Source of the DNA: an uncultured Chloroflexia bacterium
Lineage (GTDB): Bacteria > Chloroflexota > Anaerolineae > CG2-30-64-16
Assembly (NCBI GenBank): GCA_963774265.1
Contig: CAVZDU010000001.1
Location: 480,001-544,000, forward strand
Reading direction: 5' to 3'
DNA: 64,000 nucleotides
The notes beneath the pieces are model-generated. The model was given only the letters and a program-made list of their open reading frames with translations, was not told the DNA's origin and did not search any database. Below, in pieces: positions 1-9,151 of the stretch (positions are counted from its first letter, which is position 1; every line of letters starts with the position of its first letter). The position numbers and the translations under genes were made by a program.

Positions 1-107
1 ACATGGCGTATCTCAGTGTCCCGATGGCGGCGGACATCATTATTGCAGCTGCCAGGGCGCAGGTCTCAGGCAGCCAGGAATTCACTCACGAAGGCTACGA
101 ATCATGA
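1..107 (+). CDS. 3' end of an upstream gene (partial, product uncertain)
   Basis: Open frame from the window edge (..MAYLSVPMAADIIIAAARAQ..GYES*) ends at TGA 105-107, overlapping the next ATG (ATGA coupling). Confidence 0.5.
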   Translation, partial: MAYLSVPMAADIIIAAARAQVSGSQEFTHEGYES

Positions 108-463
108 CACTCGAAGTCCCTACGCCTTTCTCTCATCCGGTTGAAGCGGAATTTGCGCATATCCTCGACTTCTATGGCATTCCGTGGGACTACGAGCCCC
201 GGACATTCGTCCTCGAGCGCCACGGCGATGGCCTCGTGCGGGAGGCTTTCTCGCCAGATTTCTATCTGCCCGACCAGGACTTGTACGTTGAATTGACGAC
301 GATGCAGCCAAACCAGATCCGGCACAAGAACCGGAAGCTCAAACGGCTGCGCGAGCTGTACCCGGAAATCAACGTCAAGCTTTTCAAGCGAGGCGACATA
401 CGCAACCTGCTCCTCAAGTTCGGGGTGGCCGATATTCCTGACATGATGGCGAATGAATTATGA
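104..463 (+). CDS. Small PD-(D/E)XK-like nuclease-fold protein coupled to hpt
   Basis: YEP..F and FSPDFYLP..LYVELTT motifs resemble the PD-(D/E)XK core; ATGA overlap with hpt. Confidence 0.6.
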   Translation: MTLEVPTPFSHPVEAEFAHILDFYGIPWDYEPRTFVLERHGDGLVREAFSPDFYLPDQDLYVELTTMQPNQIRHKNRKLKRLRELYPEINVKLFKRGDIRNLLLKFGVADIPDMMANEL

Positions 464-1026
464 TAATATCTCCCACTAACGACCTGACGCGCGGCTTGGG
501 ACGCGTGGTTTATAGCGAAGCCGAGATTCGCCAACGCATCGCAAAGCTCGGGGCACAGATCAGCAGCGACTATACTGGGTTGAATCCGCTCGTTGTAGGC
601 GTATTAAAAGGCGTGATGTTCTTCATGAGCGACCTGCTGCGAACACTAAGCGTACCCGCTCGGGTCGACTTCATGGCCATCTCGCGCTATCATCCCGGCA
701 AGGGAGCCAAAGGCCCGGTGCGACTGATCAAAGACCTAGAAGAGCCAGTAGAGGATCAACACGTACTGTTTGTCGAGGATGTGATCGACACGGGGTTAAC
801 CCTCAGCTACCTGCTACGCAACCTGAGCGCGCGCCATCCCGCCAGCCTGGAAGTCTGTACACTGTTCGATAAGCCGCAGCACCGTCTGGCGAAGGTCCCT
901 GTGAAGTACAAGGGCTTCGACTTGCCGGACAGGTTCGTGGTCGGCTATGGTTTGGACTATAAAGAGGCCTATCGGCACCTCCCTTATGTGGCGGAGCTAA
1001 CTCCGGAAACCTTGGGGATAAAGTAG
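460..1026 (+). CDS. hpt: Hypoxanthine phosphoribosyltransferase
   Basis: VGVLKG, PRPP-binding VLFVEDVIDTGLTL, FVVGYGLDY..YRHLPY. Confidence 0.95.
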   Translation: MIISPTNDLTRGLGRVVYSEAEIRQRIAKLGAQISSDYTGLNPLVVGVLKGVMFFMSDLLRTLSVPARVDFMAISRYHPGKGAKGPVRLIKDLEEPVEDQHVLFVEDVIDTGLTLSYLLRNLSARHPASLEVCTLFDKPQHRLAKVPVKYKGFDLPDRFVVGYGLDYKEAYRHLPYVAELTPETLGIK

Positions 1027-1030
1027 AAAC

Positions 1031-2941
1031 ATGAAACGTTGGTCGATGTTCGCGGTCGCACTCGTCCTGCTCTTTACGCTTTCGGCAGCACCGGCCCTCG
1101 CCCCGGACAGCACCTTGCCGGGCGTGGAGATGTCGAGTGCCGTACAGTTGGCGCCTGAAGGCGAGATCGATCAAACCGGCTACATCAAGGGATTCTACGT
1201 CTCATACCCCGCGATGGGCAATGCAGACTTCCTGGCGCGCACCTATGAGTTACTCCAAGAGACTGAGCTGAACGCGGTTGTGCTGGATTTCAAGGGAGAT
1301 GACGGCTTGTTGACGTTCCCGACACAGGTCCCCCTCGCATTAGAGATCGGAGCAGGACGGAGTCCGATGGTAAGAAACCCGTCGGAATTCCTGGGGCGGT
1401 TCAAAGAGCGCAACGTCTACCTCATCGCGCGAATCGTCACATTCAAAGATAATCAACTCGCCGAGGCCTACCCCGGCTGGGCCATTACTGACAGGACCAC
1501 TGGCGGCATTTGGCACGATCAGAACGGCATGGGGTGGATCGACCCGAATCGAACTGAGGCGCGGGACTACATCGTGGCGTTAGCTTTGGAGGCAGCGGCT
1601 CTGGGTTTTGACGAGATACAATTCGACTACGTCCGGTTCCCCACCGATGGGAATGTGGACAGAGCGAGTTACTCGCGACCGAACACCTACGAGAACCGCG
1701 TGGCAGCGATTACGGGTGTTCTGCAGCAGGCCAGCAACGCTTTACGTCCATTGAACGTCAAGGTCGGCGCGGATGTCTTCGGTTACATACCCTGGTCATC
1801 CGACGATTTGGGCATCGGGCAACATCTGGAGACCATCGCACCGTATATCGACGTGCTTGCTCCGATGGTCTACCCTTCGACTTTCGCTGCCGGCTTACCG
1901 GGGGAAGACCCCAAGTATCGCACTGCCGTCGCATATCCATATGGGATCGTCCGCAAAACCACCGAGCGATCGTTGCGCCGGGCAAAAGAAATAAACCCCC
2001 GGATCGAAATTCGGCCCTGGCTGCAGGATTTCCGAGACTACACATTTGACTATCGCACGTTCACACCCGCCGAAATCAGGCTCCAAATCGACGGAGCGCG
2101 CGATGCCGGCGCTCGGGGCTGGCTCTTGTGGGATTCGGCAGTACGCTACACCAAGAAGGCTCTGGTCTCGGCGCAACCAGCATTCCTTCCCAACCGCTTG
2201 GGCCGGGTGCCGGTGCTCGTCTACGAAGAGGTGGATCCCGCCGTGCTGCGCAGCGATCTCTCATGGCTACTGGAGGAAGGGTTCTATCCGACCACAGTGG
2301 CCGATCTGGCGCAGGGGCACTTGCACGGCGTGCCGGCAGGCAAAAAAGCAGTGGTGCTGACCTTCGACGGCTCACCGATCAGCCAGCTCCGACTGCTGGA
2401 TGGTGGCCAGATTGACCCTGAGTGCGTTGTTGGGGTGTTGTTGAACTTTGCAGCGGCGCACCCGGCGGATTTTCCAGCACGCGGCACGTTTTTTATCCGG
2501 CTGGGCGCGGACGGCGACAATGCAAGCATCTTCGGCACGGCCAACCTGGCCGGTTTCAAGCTGCAAACACTGGCGACCTGGGGGCTGGAGATCGGCCTTC
2601 AGCTTACCATAGATGAGTCGCTGGGAGAGATGAGTGCCGATGACATTCAGCAGCGGCTCGGGCAGGCTAAATCGCAGCTGGGCGTCCTGCTGCCGGGGTA
2701 CGATCCGGTTTCTTTGGCGCTCACCAAGAGCGAGCCGCCGCAGGCACCCGAATTGCTCGCTGCAGGGACGAATGGCGACGTGCAGTATGGATTCACCTCA
2801 GCCGTACTGCCAGATGGCGGCCTCGCCCAATCTCCATTCAGCCCCAAATTCGCCCCCTACCGCATCTCCCGGCTGCCGGCGGGTGCATCGTGGCGACAAG
2901 CCCTCGCATCTTCAGAAATCTTCGTGTCGGCTGGCGAGTAA
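1031..2941 (+). CDS. Secreted putative glycoside hydrolase (DUF4015-like) fused to a degenerate polysaccharide-deacetylase-like domain
   Basis: Signal peptide; ELNAVVLDFKGDDG, GFDEIQFDYVRFP, PMVYPS, RPWLQDF; C-terminal VVLTFDGS but no HxxxH metal motif. Confidence 0.75.
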   Translation: MKRWSMFAVALVLLFTLSAAPALAPDSTLPGVEMSSAVQLAPEGEIDQTGYIKGFYVSYPAMGNADFLARTYELLQETELNAVVLDFKGDDGLLTFPTQVPLALEIGAGRSPMVRNPSEFLGRFKERNVYLIARIVTFKDNQLAEAYPGWAITDRTTGGIWHDQNGMGWIDPNRTEARDYIVALALEAAALGFDEIQFDYVRFPTDGNVDRASYSRPNTYENRVAAITGVLQQASNALRPLNVKVGADVFGYIPWSSDDLGIGQHLETIAPYIDVLAPMVYPSTFAAGLPGEDPKYRTAVAYPYGIVRKTTERSLRRAKEINPRIEIRPWLQDFRDYTFDYRTFTPAEIRLQIDGARDAGARGWLLWDSAVRYTKKALVSAQPAFLPNRLGRVPVLVYEEVDPAVLRSDLSWLLEEGFYPTTVADLAQGHLHGVPAGKKAVVLTFDGSPISQLRLLDGGQIDPECVVGVLLNFAAAHPADFPARGTFFIRLGADGDNASIFGTANLAGFKLQTLATWGLEIGLQLTIDESLGEMSADDIQQRLGQAKSQLGVLLPGYDPVSLALTKSEPPQAPELLAAGTNGDVQYGFTSAVLPDGGLAQSPFSPKFAPYRISRLPAGASWRQALASSEIFVSAGE

Positions 2942-2944
2942 ACA

Positions 2945-2977
2945 CAAAAAATGGGAGCGCTACTTCTAGCGCTCCCA
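2945..2977 (-). terminator. Intrinsic terminator of the minus-strand ncRNA (possibly bidirectional)
   Basis: 11-bp stem TGGGAGCGCTA/TAGCGCTCCCA (2952-2977); A-run at 2946-2951 gives a U-tail on the minus strand. Confidence 0.85.
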
Positions 2978-3220
2978 CCCTTTAACAGAGGTGCCCCAAG
3001 CAACCTTCTGGCTTATTTCATTCCTGGCTCGCTGTTCACTCGTTTTTTTGTTGCCGTACTCTTGAACTTTTGCGCTTATCAGACGCTATTTCTCATTCGG
3101 CTTACGAGTTTCCAATTACTTGGTTTTCTTCGAGCCTGAACCCGCCATTAGATTTCTCGGGGCTCCCTCACCAACAGATTGACAACTCCCAGTTGATTGT
3201 TTGTTGCTTTTCTATTGGCA
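2945..3220 (-). ncRNA. Structured small RNA, 6S RNA-like rod
   Basis: Bounded by a consensus sigma70 promoter and a terminator; nested pairings 3156-63/2993-3000, 3131-36/3026-31, 3104-09/3038-43, 3098-3101/3053-56; no long ORF on this strand. Confidence 0.6.
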
Positions 3221-3225
3221 CTTAT

Positions 3226-3254
3226 AGTATAGCAGGGAAGTAAGGCTCTGTCAA
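3226..3254 (-). promoter_or_regulatory. Near-consensus sigma70 promoter
   Basis: TTGACA (3254-3249), 17-bp spacer, TATACT (3231-3226) on the minus strand. Confidence 0.85.
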
Positions 3255-3334
3255 TAGGTATTAAGACAATATGTAGACGCACGCGAAAATATTAAGCTTT
3301 CCTGACAAAACAAAGCGTTTCTCAAAGAACGTGC

Positions 3335-3610
3335 CGCTTTAGTGTTATTCTATATTTAATGTCTATTTGATAATAGTAGTAGTAGGCCCTGGGGATATGT
3401 GGGCAACATGCGTCGTAGCCTGGAGCTACGCGGACAGTTGCGTTACGGCCTAGATGGGCCACTACATGTGGGGTGACCGTATAATTCGTAGGCGTCGAGG
3501 AATTGTGGACGACCGAGGTGCCCAGGAGGCTGCGGCAAGCCTTTCTGATTGCTGGGGATAAGTGCCTGGCTTATCAGGAGCGTTATCCCCTGGCAGCTGT
3601 GGATAGGGTG
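3335..3610. other. Candidate chromosomal replication origin (oriC basal unwinding module plus DnaA-box cluster)
   Basis: AT-rich tract 3338-3373, TAG repeats 3371-3385, GGCCC, tandem DnaA-box-like 9-mers 3390-3406; more boxes at 3504, 3553, 3583, 3598. Confidence 0.65.
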
Positions 3611-3661
3611 CATTTTTGGGTATGTGGCAAGGCTCAGTGTATACTCCTTTTCACGATCGCG

Positions 3662-3687
3662 ACGCCGCCCTATGGGGCGGCGTTTTG
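3662..3687 (+). terminator. GC-rich hairpin with short T tail
   Basis: ACGCCGCCC-TATG-GGGCGGCGT followed by TTT. Confidence 0.5.
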
Positions 3688-3731
3688 CCTGTCTGGGGTT
3701 TGAAGTTGAAAGTTTGGAGGCCTAGGATTCA

Positions 3732-4535
3732 TTGAGTACCGTTCGTGTCATGACCTATAACATCCATCGCTGGGCTGGCCGCGACAAACGATTGGATTTG
3801 GAGAGACTGGCAAGTGTTATCGCTGAATCTGGGGCTGATATCGTCGGATTCAATGAGGTCTTGCACCCCGTCACCACTCCCCATCACACATATGCTCCAT
3901 TGGCTGAACTCGCCGAGCGACTCGGCATGTGGTACGCGTTTGGCGCCAGCGGCTGGATCGATTACGGTCCGGGCTGGCAGGGACCGGTCGGTAATGCGCT
4001 GCTCAGCCGGCAGCCGTTGACGGACGTATCAAACACCTTGTTGCCGCAGCTGCCAGGCACCAAGCGAAGGTCGCTGCTTTCTGCCACCCTGGCAAGCGGT
4101 GGTCCGCTGGCCGGGCTGACGGGGTTTGTGACGCATCTCGACCACGCCTTTGAGGGAACGCGGTTGCTTCAGATCCGCGGGGTGTTGCGGCGCATGGAGC
4201 AACGATCTCAAGGGCAGCCTCACGTTCTGATGGGCGATTTTAACACACCCGGGTTCCTGGGCAGTTGGACGCGCCAGCTCATCCCGCCGGTGCTGCAGGC
4301 GATGCACAGCGCGGGGTATCAAGATGCTTTTCGGGCAGTTGGCGAGGGCCACGGTAGGACGTTCCCCTCGCATTCGCCTCTTGTGCGCATCGACTTTCAG
4401 TTTTTCCCGGAGCGCTGGGCGCAAGGCCTGAGGAAAGCAGAGGCGCTCAATTGGGACCAGATCCCGGAGGCGTCGGATCATAGGCCGCTGCTGGTAGAAT
4501 GGCTCTGGCCTGAACGGTCTCCCGCAATGGCGTAA
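3732..4535 (+). CDS. Endonuclease/exonuclease/phosphatase (EEP) family protein
   Basis: VMTYNIH, GFNEV, GNALLS, THLDH, GDFN, RIDF, ASDHRP. Confidence 0.9.
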   Translation: MSTVRVMTYNIHRWAGRDKRLDLERLASVIAESGADIVGFNEVLHPVTTPHHTYAPLAELAERLGMWYAFGASGWIDYGPGWQGPVGNALLSRQPLTDVSNTLLPQLPGTKRRSLLSATLASGGPLAGLTGFVTHLDHAFEGTRLLQIRGVLRRMEQRSQGQPHVLMGDFNTPGFLGSWTRQLIPPVLQAMHSAGYQDAFRAVGEGHGRTFPSHSPLVRIDFQFFPERWAQGLRKAEALNWDQIPEASDHRPLLVEWLWPERSPAMA

Positions 4536-4544
4536 CCGAGGTCC

Positions 4545-5354
4545 ATGAAAGTCCTGACTTACAATGTCCATGGCTGGCAGGCGCCCGAAGGCGGGTCAAA
4601 TCTTGATCTCGTGACCGAGGTCATCGCTGCCAGCGCCGCGGACGTGGTCGGGCTAAATGAAGTCTTTCATCCGGCGGGAGCGCCGGATGAATGCCCTCTG
4701 AGGCTTCTTGCAGCGCGACTTGGCATGGCCTACGCGTTCGGCGCAACTCAACCGGCCGACCCACATCCCGATCATCCCCCATACGGAAACGCACTCCTCA
4801 GTCGATGGCCGATTATGGCGCACGCCGCACACCATCTGTCACCCGCAATTAGCTATGGCAAGCGCGGGTTGTTGGAGGCGCGTCTGCTATTGCCCTCAGA
4901 TGATACGCTCACCCTGTATGTGACCCACCTGGATCACCGTTTGGAGGAGGTGCGGGTAGCACAATGGGCATCAGTCAACACGTGGCTGTTGCGGGATCGC
5001 CTCCGGCCGCATCTGCTGCTCGGTGATTTCAACGCGTTGGCGCAGACCGATTATACGACGCCCGATGCTGTGGAAGGGCTGGCAGAGTATCAGGCTCAAC
5101 ACGGTTGGCCCACGCCGGCGTTCGATCTGGTGGACCAGGTGCTCAAGGCGGGGTACATTGACGCGTTCGCGGCTGCCGGCAATCCGCCGATGAGTGGAGC
5201 GACGTATCCTGCGTCTGCGCCCGAGCGACGGATCGACTACATCTTCCTTCCTTCATCGTGTGTAGGCGCACTACGGGCATGCGCCCCCTTCGTTGTGGAT
5301 CTCCGTCCGGCGGCCTCTGACCACTTGGCGGTCTTGGCCGAGCTCAGTATCTGA
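4545..5354 (+). CDS. EEP family protein (tandem paralog)
   Basis: LTYNVH, GLNEV, GNALLS, THLDH, GDFN, RIDYI, ASDHLA. Confidence 0.9.
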   Translation: MKVLTYNVHGWQAPEGGSNLDLVTEVIAASAADVVGLNEVFHPAGAPDECPLRLLAARLGMAYAFGATQPADPHPDHPPYGNALLSRWPIMAHAAHHLSPAISYGKRGLLEARLLLPSDDTLTLYVTHLDHRLEEVRVAQWASVNTWLLRDRLRPHLLLGDFNALAQTDYTTPDAVEGLAEYQAQHGWPTPAFDLVDQVLKAGYIDAFAAAGNPPMSGATYPASAPERRIDYIFLPSSCVGALRACAPFVVDLRPAASDHLAVLAELSI

Positions 5355-5380
5355 CCGAGCATCGTGAGGAGGAGGTCCGG

Positions 5381-5989
5381 ATGACGGGGTCAGACATGCC
5401 TGATCGCAGCGATGTGGCTTGGTGGGACGGGCGTTATCTCAGCGGCGACACCCCGTGGGACACCGGCATCGTACCCCCGGAAGTTATCACGCTCATTGAG
5501 TCATCCGTCGTGTCGCGAGGATGGGTGCTAGACCTGGGTTGTGGCAGCGGCGTAACGAGCTGCTATCTGGCCGCGCATGGCTTTCGGGTAGTTGGCGTTG
5601 ATCTGGCGCAGGTCGCATTGCGGCGCGGATTAACGAGGGCCTCCACGCGCGGATTGCCTTGCTTCTTTGTCCGGGCAAGCGCTGCGCACCTGAGCCTTGT
5701 GCGCCTCCAGGCTTCCTTGGCGATAGATATCGGATGTTTTCATAATCTTACCCCCTCCGGGCGCACGTCCTATATCCGATCGCTCGCTGAGCATCTTCAG
5801 GCGGGCGCTCACTATCTGCTGTACACCTTCTTCTCATCGGAGGCAACCTCAACTTCTATGATCGGTCCTGCAGATATCGCCGCCTTCGCTCCGCAGTTCA
5901 CGCTGCTAAAGGCTACCCATGGTCAGGATCGCGAACGGCCATCCGCTTGGTTCCTAATGCGTCGTGCTTGTCGTGATGCCACGACGTAA
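5381..5989 (+). CDS. Class I SAM-dependent methyltransferase (TPMT/TehB-like)
   Basis: TPWDTG, VLDLGCGSG, GVDLA, DIGCFH. Confidence 0.85.
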   Translation: MTGSDMPDRSDVAWWDGRYLSGDTPWDTGIVPPEVITLIESSVVSRGWVLDLGCGSGVTSCYLAAHGFRVVGVDLAQVALRRGLTRASTRGLPCFFVRASAAHLSLVRLQASLAIDIGCFHNLTPSGRTSYIRSLAEHLQAGAHYLLYTFFSSEATSTSMIGPADIAAFAPQFTLLKATHGQDRERPSAWFLMRRACRDATT

Positions 5990-6145
5990 CCCTAGACGCA
6001 ACCTAGTGGAGTTCAAGATCCCTCGGCGGTCCGGCTTCATGCGTTGGCAGACTCAGCCTCTTGGAGAACGTTGCCCGGCTTACTTACCCCTCGTCGCCCT
6101 ACTGCTACAATTACTATCGTCCTAAGTCATTCATCGGAGGCATTT

Positions 6146-6778
6146 ATGCGTTTTGAGAATCCGCTGAAGCGGGTCGAACGGCTGAAGCGGGTCCGCAATC
6201 TGCCGGGCGAGAACACCGACGAGCGCGTGCCGCCTGGCCAATTCCTGACCGAAAAATTCCCGGTTCTTCACTATGGGTCGGTCCCGATCTATAGCAGCCT
6301 GAAAGACTGGGATTTTCGCGTCTTTGGTCTCGTTGAAGAACCGCTGCGCTGGAGTTGGGACGCGCTAATGAAGTTGCCCAAGCAAAACCAGACAGTCGAC
6401 ATCCACTGTGTCACTCGCTGGAGCAAGCTCGATACCACGTGGACAGGTATTCCGTGGCGCGAGCTGATGAAATTCGTTAAGGTCAAGCCAGAGGCGACGC
6501 ATGCGATGGCTCATTGCGAGCACGGCTTCACAGCGAATATTGGGCTTGACGTGCTGGATGATGACGACACCATGCTCGCGTACGAGTATGATGGGCATCC
6601 GCTGACCCCCGATCATGGTTATCCGCTGCGCCTGCTCGTCCCCAAGAAGTATTTCTGGAAGAGCGCGAAGTGGCTGCGAGGCATTGAGTTCATGTCCGGT
6701 GATCGGCCCGGCTTCTGGGAGCGCAACGGGTATCACATGGAAGGCGACCCTTGGCGGGAAGAAAGATTCGGCTGGTAA
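6146..6778 (+). CDS. Sulfite oxidase-like molybdopterin oxidoreductase (YuiH-like)
   Basis: [43 protein letters not shown]; GGAGG RBS before ATG 6146. Confidence 0.9.
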   Translation: MRFENPLKRVERLKRVRNLPGENTDERVPPGQFLTEKFPVLHYGSVPIYSSLKDWDFRVFGLVEEPLRWSWDALMKLPKQNQTVDIHCVTRWSKLDTTWTGIPWRELMKFVKVKPEATHAMAHCEHGFTANIGLDVLDDDDTMLAYEYDGHPLTPDHGYPLRLLVPKKYFWKSAKWLRGIEFMSGDRPGFWERNGYHMEGDPWREERFGW

Positions 6779-6798
6779 TCGCCCAATAGGTCATCCGG

Positions 6799-6827
6799 GG
6801 CCCCGCTGGTTCGGGGCCTTTTCTTTT
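6799..6827 (+). terminator. Intrinsic terminator
   Basis: GGCCCCG-loop-CGGGGCC followed by TTTTCTTTT. Confidence 0.8.
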
Positions 6828-6875
6828 GTGCCGGCCTGCGCTATGATGCCGCCGACTTCACAATGAGGCCTGTCG

Positions 6876-8426
6876 ATGATCAGCTATCAGCTTCGTCAGC
6901 GCGAGTACCTCTTGCAGATCAGCCGCGCCATGACCTCGCGGTTGGATCTGCCTTCTTTGCTTCGATTGATCCTGACCAGCGCGGCCGACCTGGTGCGCGC
7001 CGAAGCGGGTGTGGTCGCGTTGCGCCGGGGGCGGTCGTCAACCTTGGACATCCATGCCAGTTATGGCGTCCCGGTGGCACAGTTGTCGCGCTTTGCCCCA
7101 CTCCTGACAGGCTTCCCACTGAAGGCGGAGGACTACGCGCTTCCTGACCTGGAATCCCGTCTCAACCTTGTAGCGCGCGCCGTGCGCCTGCCGCTAAGCC
7201 AGGTCATCGCTCTGCCTCTGGTGGTGCAGGATCTTCTCTCAGGCGTCATTTATCTGTTCCGTAGTGGCGGCATCGCATTTACAGAGAACGACGAAGCGGT
7301 GCTTGCGAGCTTCGCGGACCAGGCAGCCATCGCAGTTCGCAACGCTCAACTCTATCATCAGATCAGCTCAGAGAAGCGACAATTGGATGCGGTAATCCAG
7401 CATAGCGCGGACGGTGTGATGATCTTGGACCCCGAGTTACGCATTCAGGTGTTCAATCACACGTTGAGCCGCCTCACTGGCTGGCCCGCGGATCAGGCGA
7501 TCGGACGTCCATGTTACCAGGTCATGGCGCTGGAGAAGGTGGATGGGGATGATCTGTGCAGCGCCGCAGGGGGAGAACCGGCTTTTCCTGAGGGCAAACC
7601 GTTGGTGGCCGATGGTGTGCTTGTCCGGCCGGGAGGCTCGCGCGTTTCTGTGAGCGTCACCTACTCGCCGCTGTATGATGAGGAAGGGCGCCTGACCAAC
7701 ATCATTGCCAACATCGTCGATGTCACGCGCTTCCGTGAGGCGGAGGAGATGAAATCGACGTTTGTGTCGGTGATTTCGCATGAGTTAAAGACGCCAGTCG
7801 CGCTGATTAAAGGGTATGCCAATACGCTCGCGCGTGAAGATGCCGAATGGGATCGCATCACGCTGCGCGAAGGCCTGCAGGTGATCGGAGAAGAGAGCGA
7901 CCGGCTTAATGCGCTGATCAATAATCTACTCGACGCGTCGCGCATCCAGGCGGGAGGGTTCAAGGTGGAGCGCGCGGACGTGGACCTTGCTGCGCTGGCG
8001 CGCGAGGTGGTCGAAAGCTGGCGTACGCAAACGGATCGGCACCGCTTCGTTCTGGACTTTCCCGTTGACTTCCCACTGGTTTTCGCGGATCAGGAGCGTT
8101 TGCGCCAGGTGTTCAACAACTTGCTGAGCAACGCCATCAAGTACGCACCTCAAGGGGGCGAAGTACGGGTCGGGGGCTGGCGCGACGGGGATCATGTCAC
8201 GGTGTACGTGGCCGATCAGGGCATCGGCATCCCTGAAGTCGATCAGGCGAACCTGTTCCAACGTTTCTATCGTGTCGATTCAAGCTTGCGCCGGTCGACG
8301 CAAGGTGCAGGGCTGGGGTTGTTCTTGTGCCGCTCGATCGTTGAGGCACACGGTGGGCGAATCTGGCTGCGCAGCGAGCCGGGCAAGGGGACGACGGTGT
8401 TCTTTACGCTGGCCGTGGAGGAGTGA
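6876..8426 (+). CDS. Cytoplasmic GAF-PAS sensor histidine kinase
   Basis: GAF ([12 protein letters not shown]), PAS, H-box [28 protein letters not shown]; no TM segments. Confidence 0.93.
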   Translation: MISYQLRQREYLLQISRAMTSRLDLPSLLRLILTSAADLVRAEAGVVALRRGRSSTLDIHASYGVPVAQLSRFAPLLTGFPLKAEDYALPDLESRLNLVARAVRLPLSQVIALPLVVQDLLSGVIYLFRSGGIAFTENDEAVLASFADQAAIAVRNAQLYHQISSEKRQLDAVIQHSADGVMILDPELRIQVFNHTLSRLTGWPADQAIGRPCYQVMALEKVDGDDLCSAAGGEPAFPEGKPLVADGVLVRPGGSRVSVSVTYSPLYDEEGRLTNIIANIVDVTRFREAEEMKSTFVSVISHELKTPVALIKGYANTLAREDAEWDRITLREGLQVIGEESDRLNALINNLLDASRIQAGGFKVERADVDLAALAREVVESWRTQTDRHRFVLDFPVDFPLVFADQERLRQVFNNLLSNAIKYAPQGGEVRVGGWRDGDHVTVYVADQGIGIPEVDQANLFQRFYRVDSSLRRSTQGAGLGLFLCRSIVEAHGGRIWLRSEPGKGTTVFFTLAVEE

Positions 8427-8427
8427 G

Positions 8428-9135
8428 ATGAAAAAACGCATCCTGGTCGTGGACGACGAACCGCGCATGCGCCGTTTTGTGCGGATGAATCTCGACCTGG
8501 AAGGATATGAGGTGATCGAGGCGGACAACGGTCTCGCAGCGCTGAACAAGGTGCGCGACGATATGCCCGACTTGGTGCTGCTGGATGTGGCTATGCCCGA
8601 ATTGGATGGATTCGAGACACTCGAGCATATCCGAGAGGTCTCGGCCGTTCCGGTGATCATGCTGACCGTGAAGAGCGATGAAGATGACCGTATTCGCGGA
8701 CTGGACCTCGGTGCTGATGATTACGTGACGAAGCCATTTAGCCCACGCGAGCTGTTGAGCCGCATCCGCGCCGTGTTGCGCCGCGTGGAGCCGGCAAAGA
8801 GCAGCGTGGAAGAGCCGCTGGTGGTTGATGAGGATTTGCAGATCGACTTTCCAAGGCGCACCGTGATTGCTCGCGGCGAGCACATCAAGCTGCGGCCGAC
8901 GGAGTATCGCCTCTTGTTGCACCTGGTTGACAACGCCGGGTGGATTGTGCCCCAGGAGACCCTGCTCTCCAAGGTGTGGGGGCCGGAATACCGTGACGAC
9001 AGTCAGTTGCTCCGTCTCTACATCACCTATCTGCGCAAAAAGATCGAGCCGGACCCTGCCAACCCGAGATATATCCTGACGGAACGTGGGGTGGGGTATC
9101 AGTTTGTGGATTACAAGAAGCGCCAGGCAAAATGA
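8428..9135 (+). CDS. OmpR/KdpE-family response regulator
   Basis: [24 protein letters not shown], winged helix [18 protein letters not shown]. Confidence 0.93.
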   Translation: MKKRILVVDDEPRMRRFVRMNLDLEGYEVIEADNGLAALNKVRDDMPDLVLLDVAMPELDGFETLEHIREVSAVPVIMLTVKSDEDDRIRGLDLGADDYVTKPFSPRELLSRIRAVLRRVEPAKSSVEEPLVVDEDLQIDFPRRTVIARGEHIKLRPTEYRLLLHLVDNAGWIVPQETLLSKVWGPEYRDDSQLLRLYITYLRKKIEPDPANPRYILTERGVGYQFVDYKKRQAK

Positions 9136-9151
9136 GAGCGGGGTGCGCCGC

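Noticed and set aside
2951-3139. 62-aa plus-strand ORF in the intergenic region
   Set aside because: Starts inside the terminator hairpin, has no RBS, atypical low-GC composition, and is antisense to a promoter/terminator-bounded RNA
3503-3703. 66-aa ORF across the DnaA-box cluster
   Set aside because: TTG start, no recognisable motif; the region is better explained as an origin-like element
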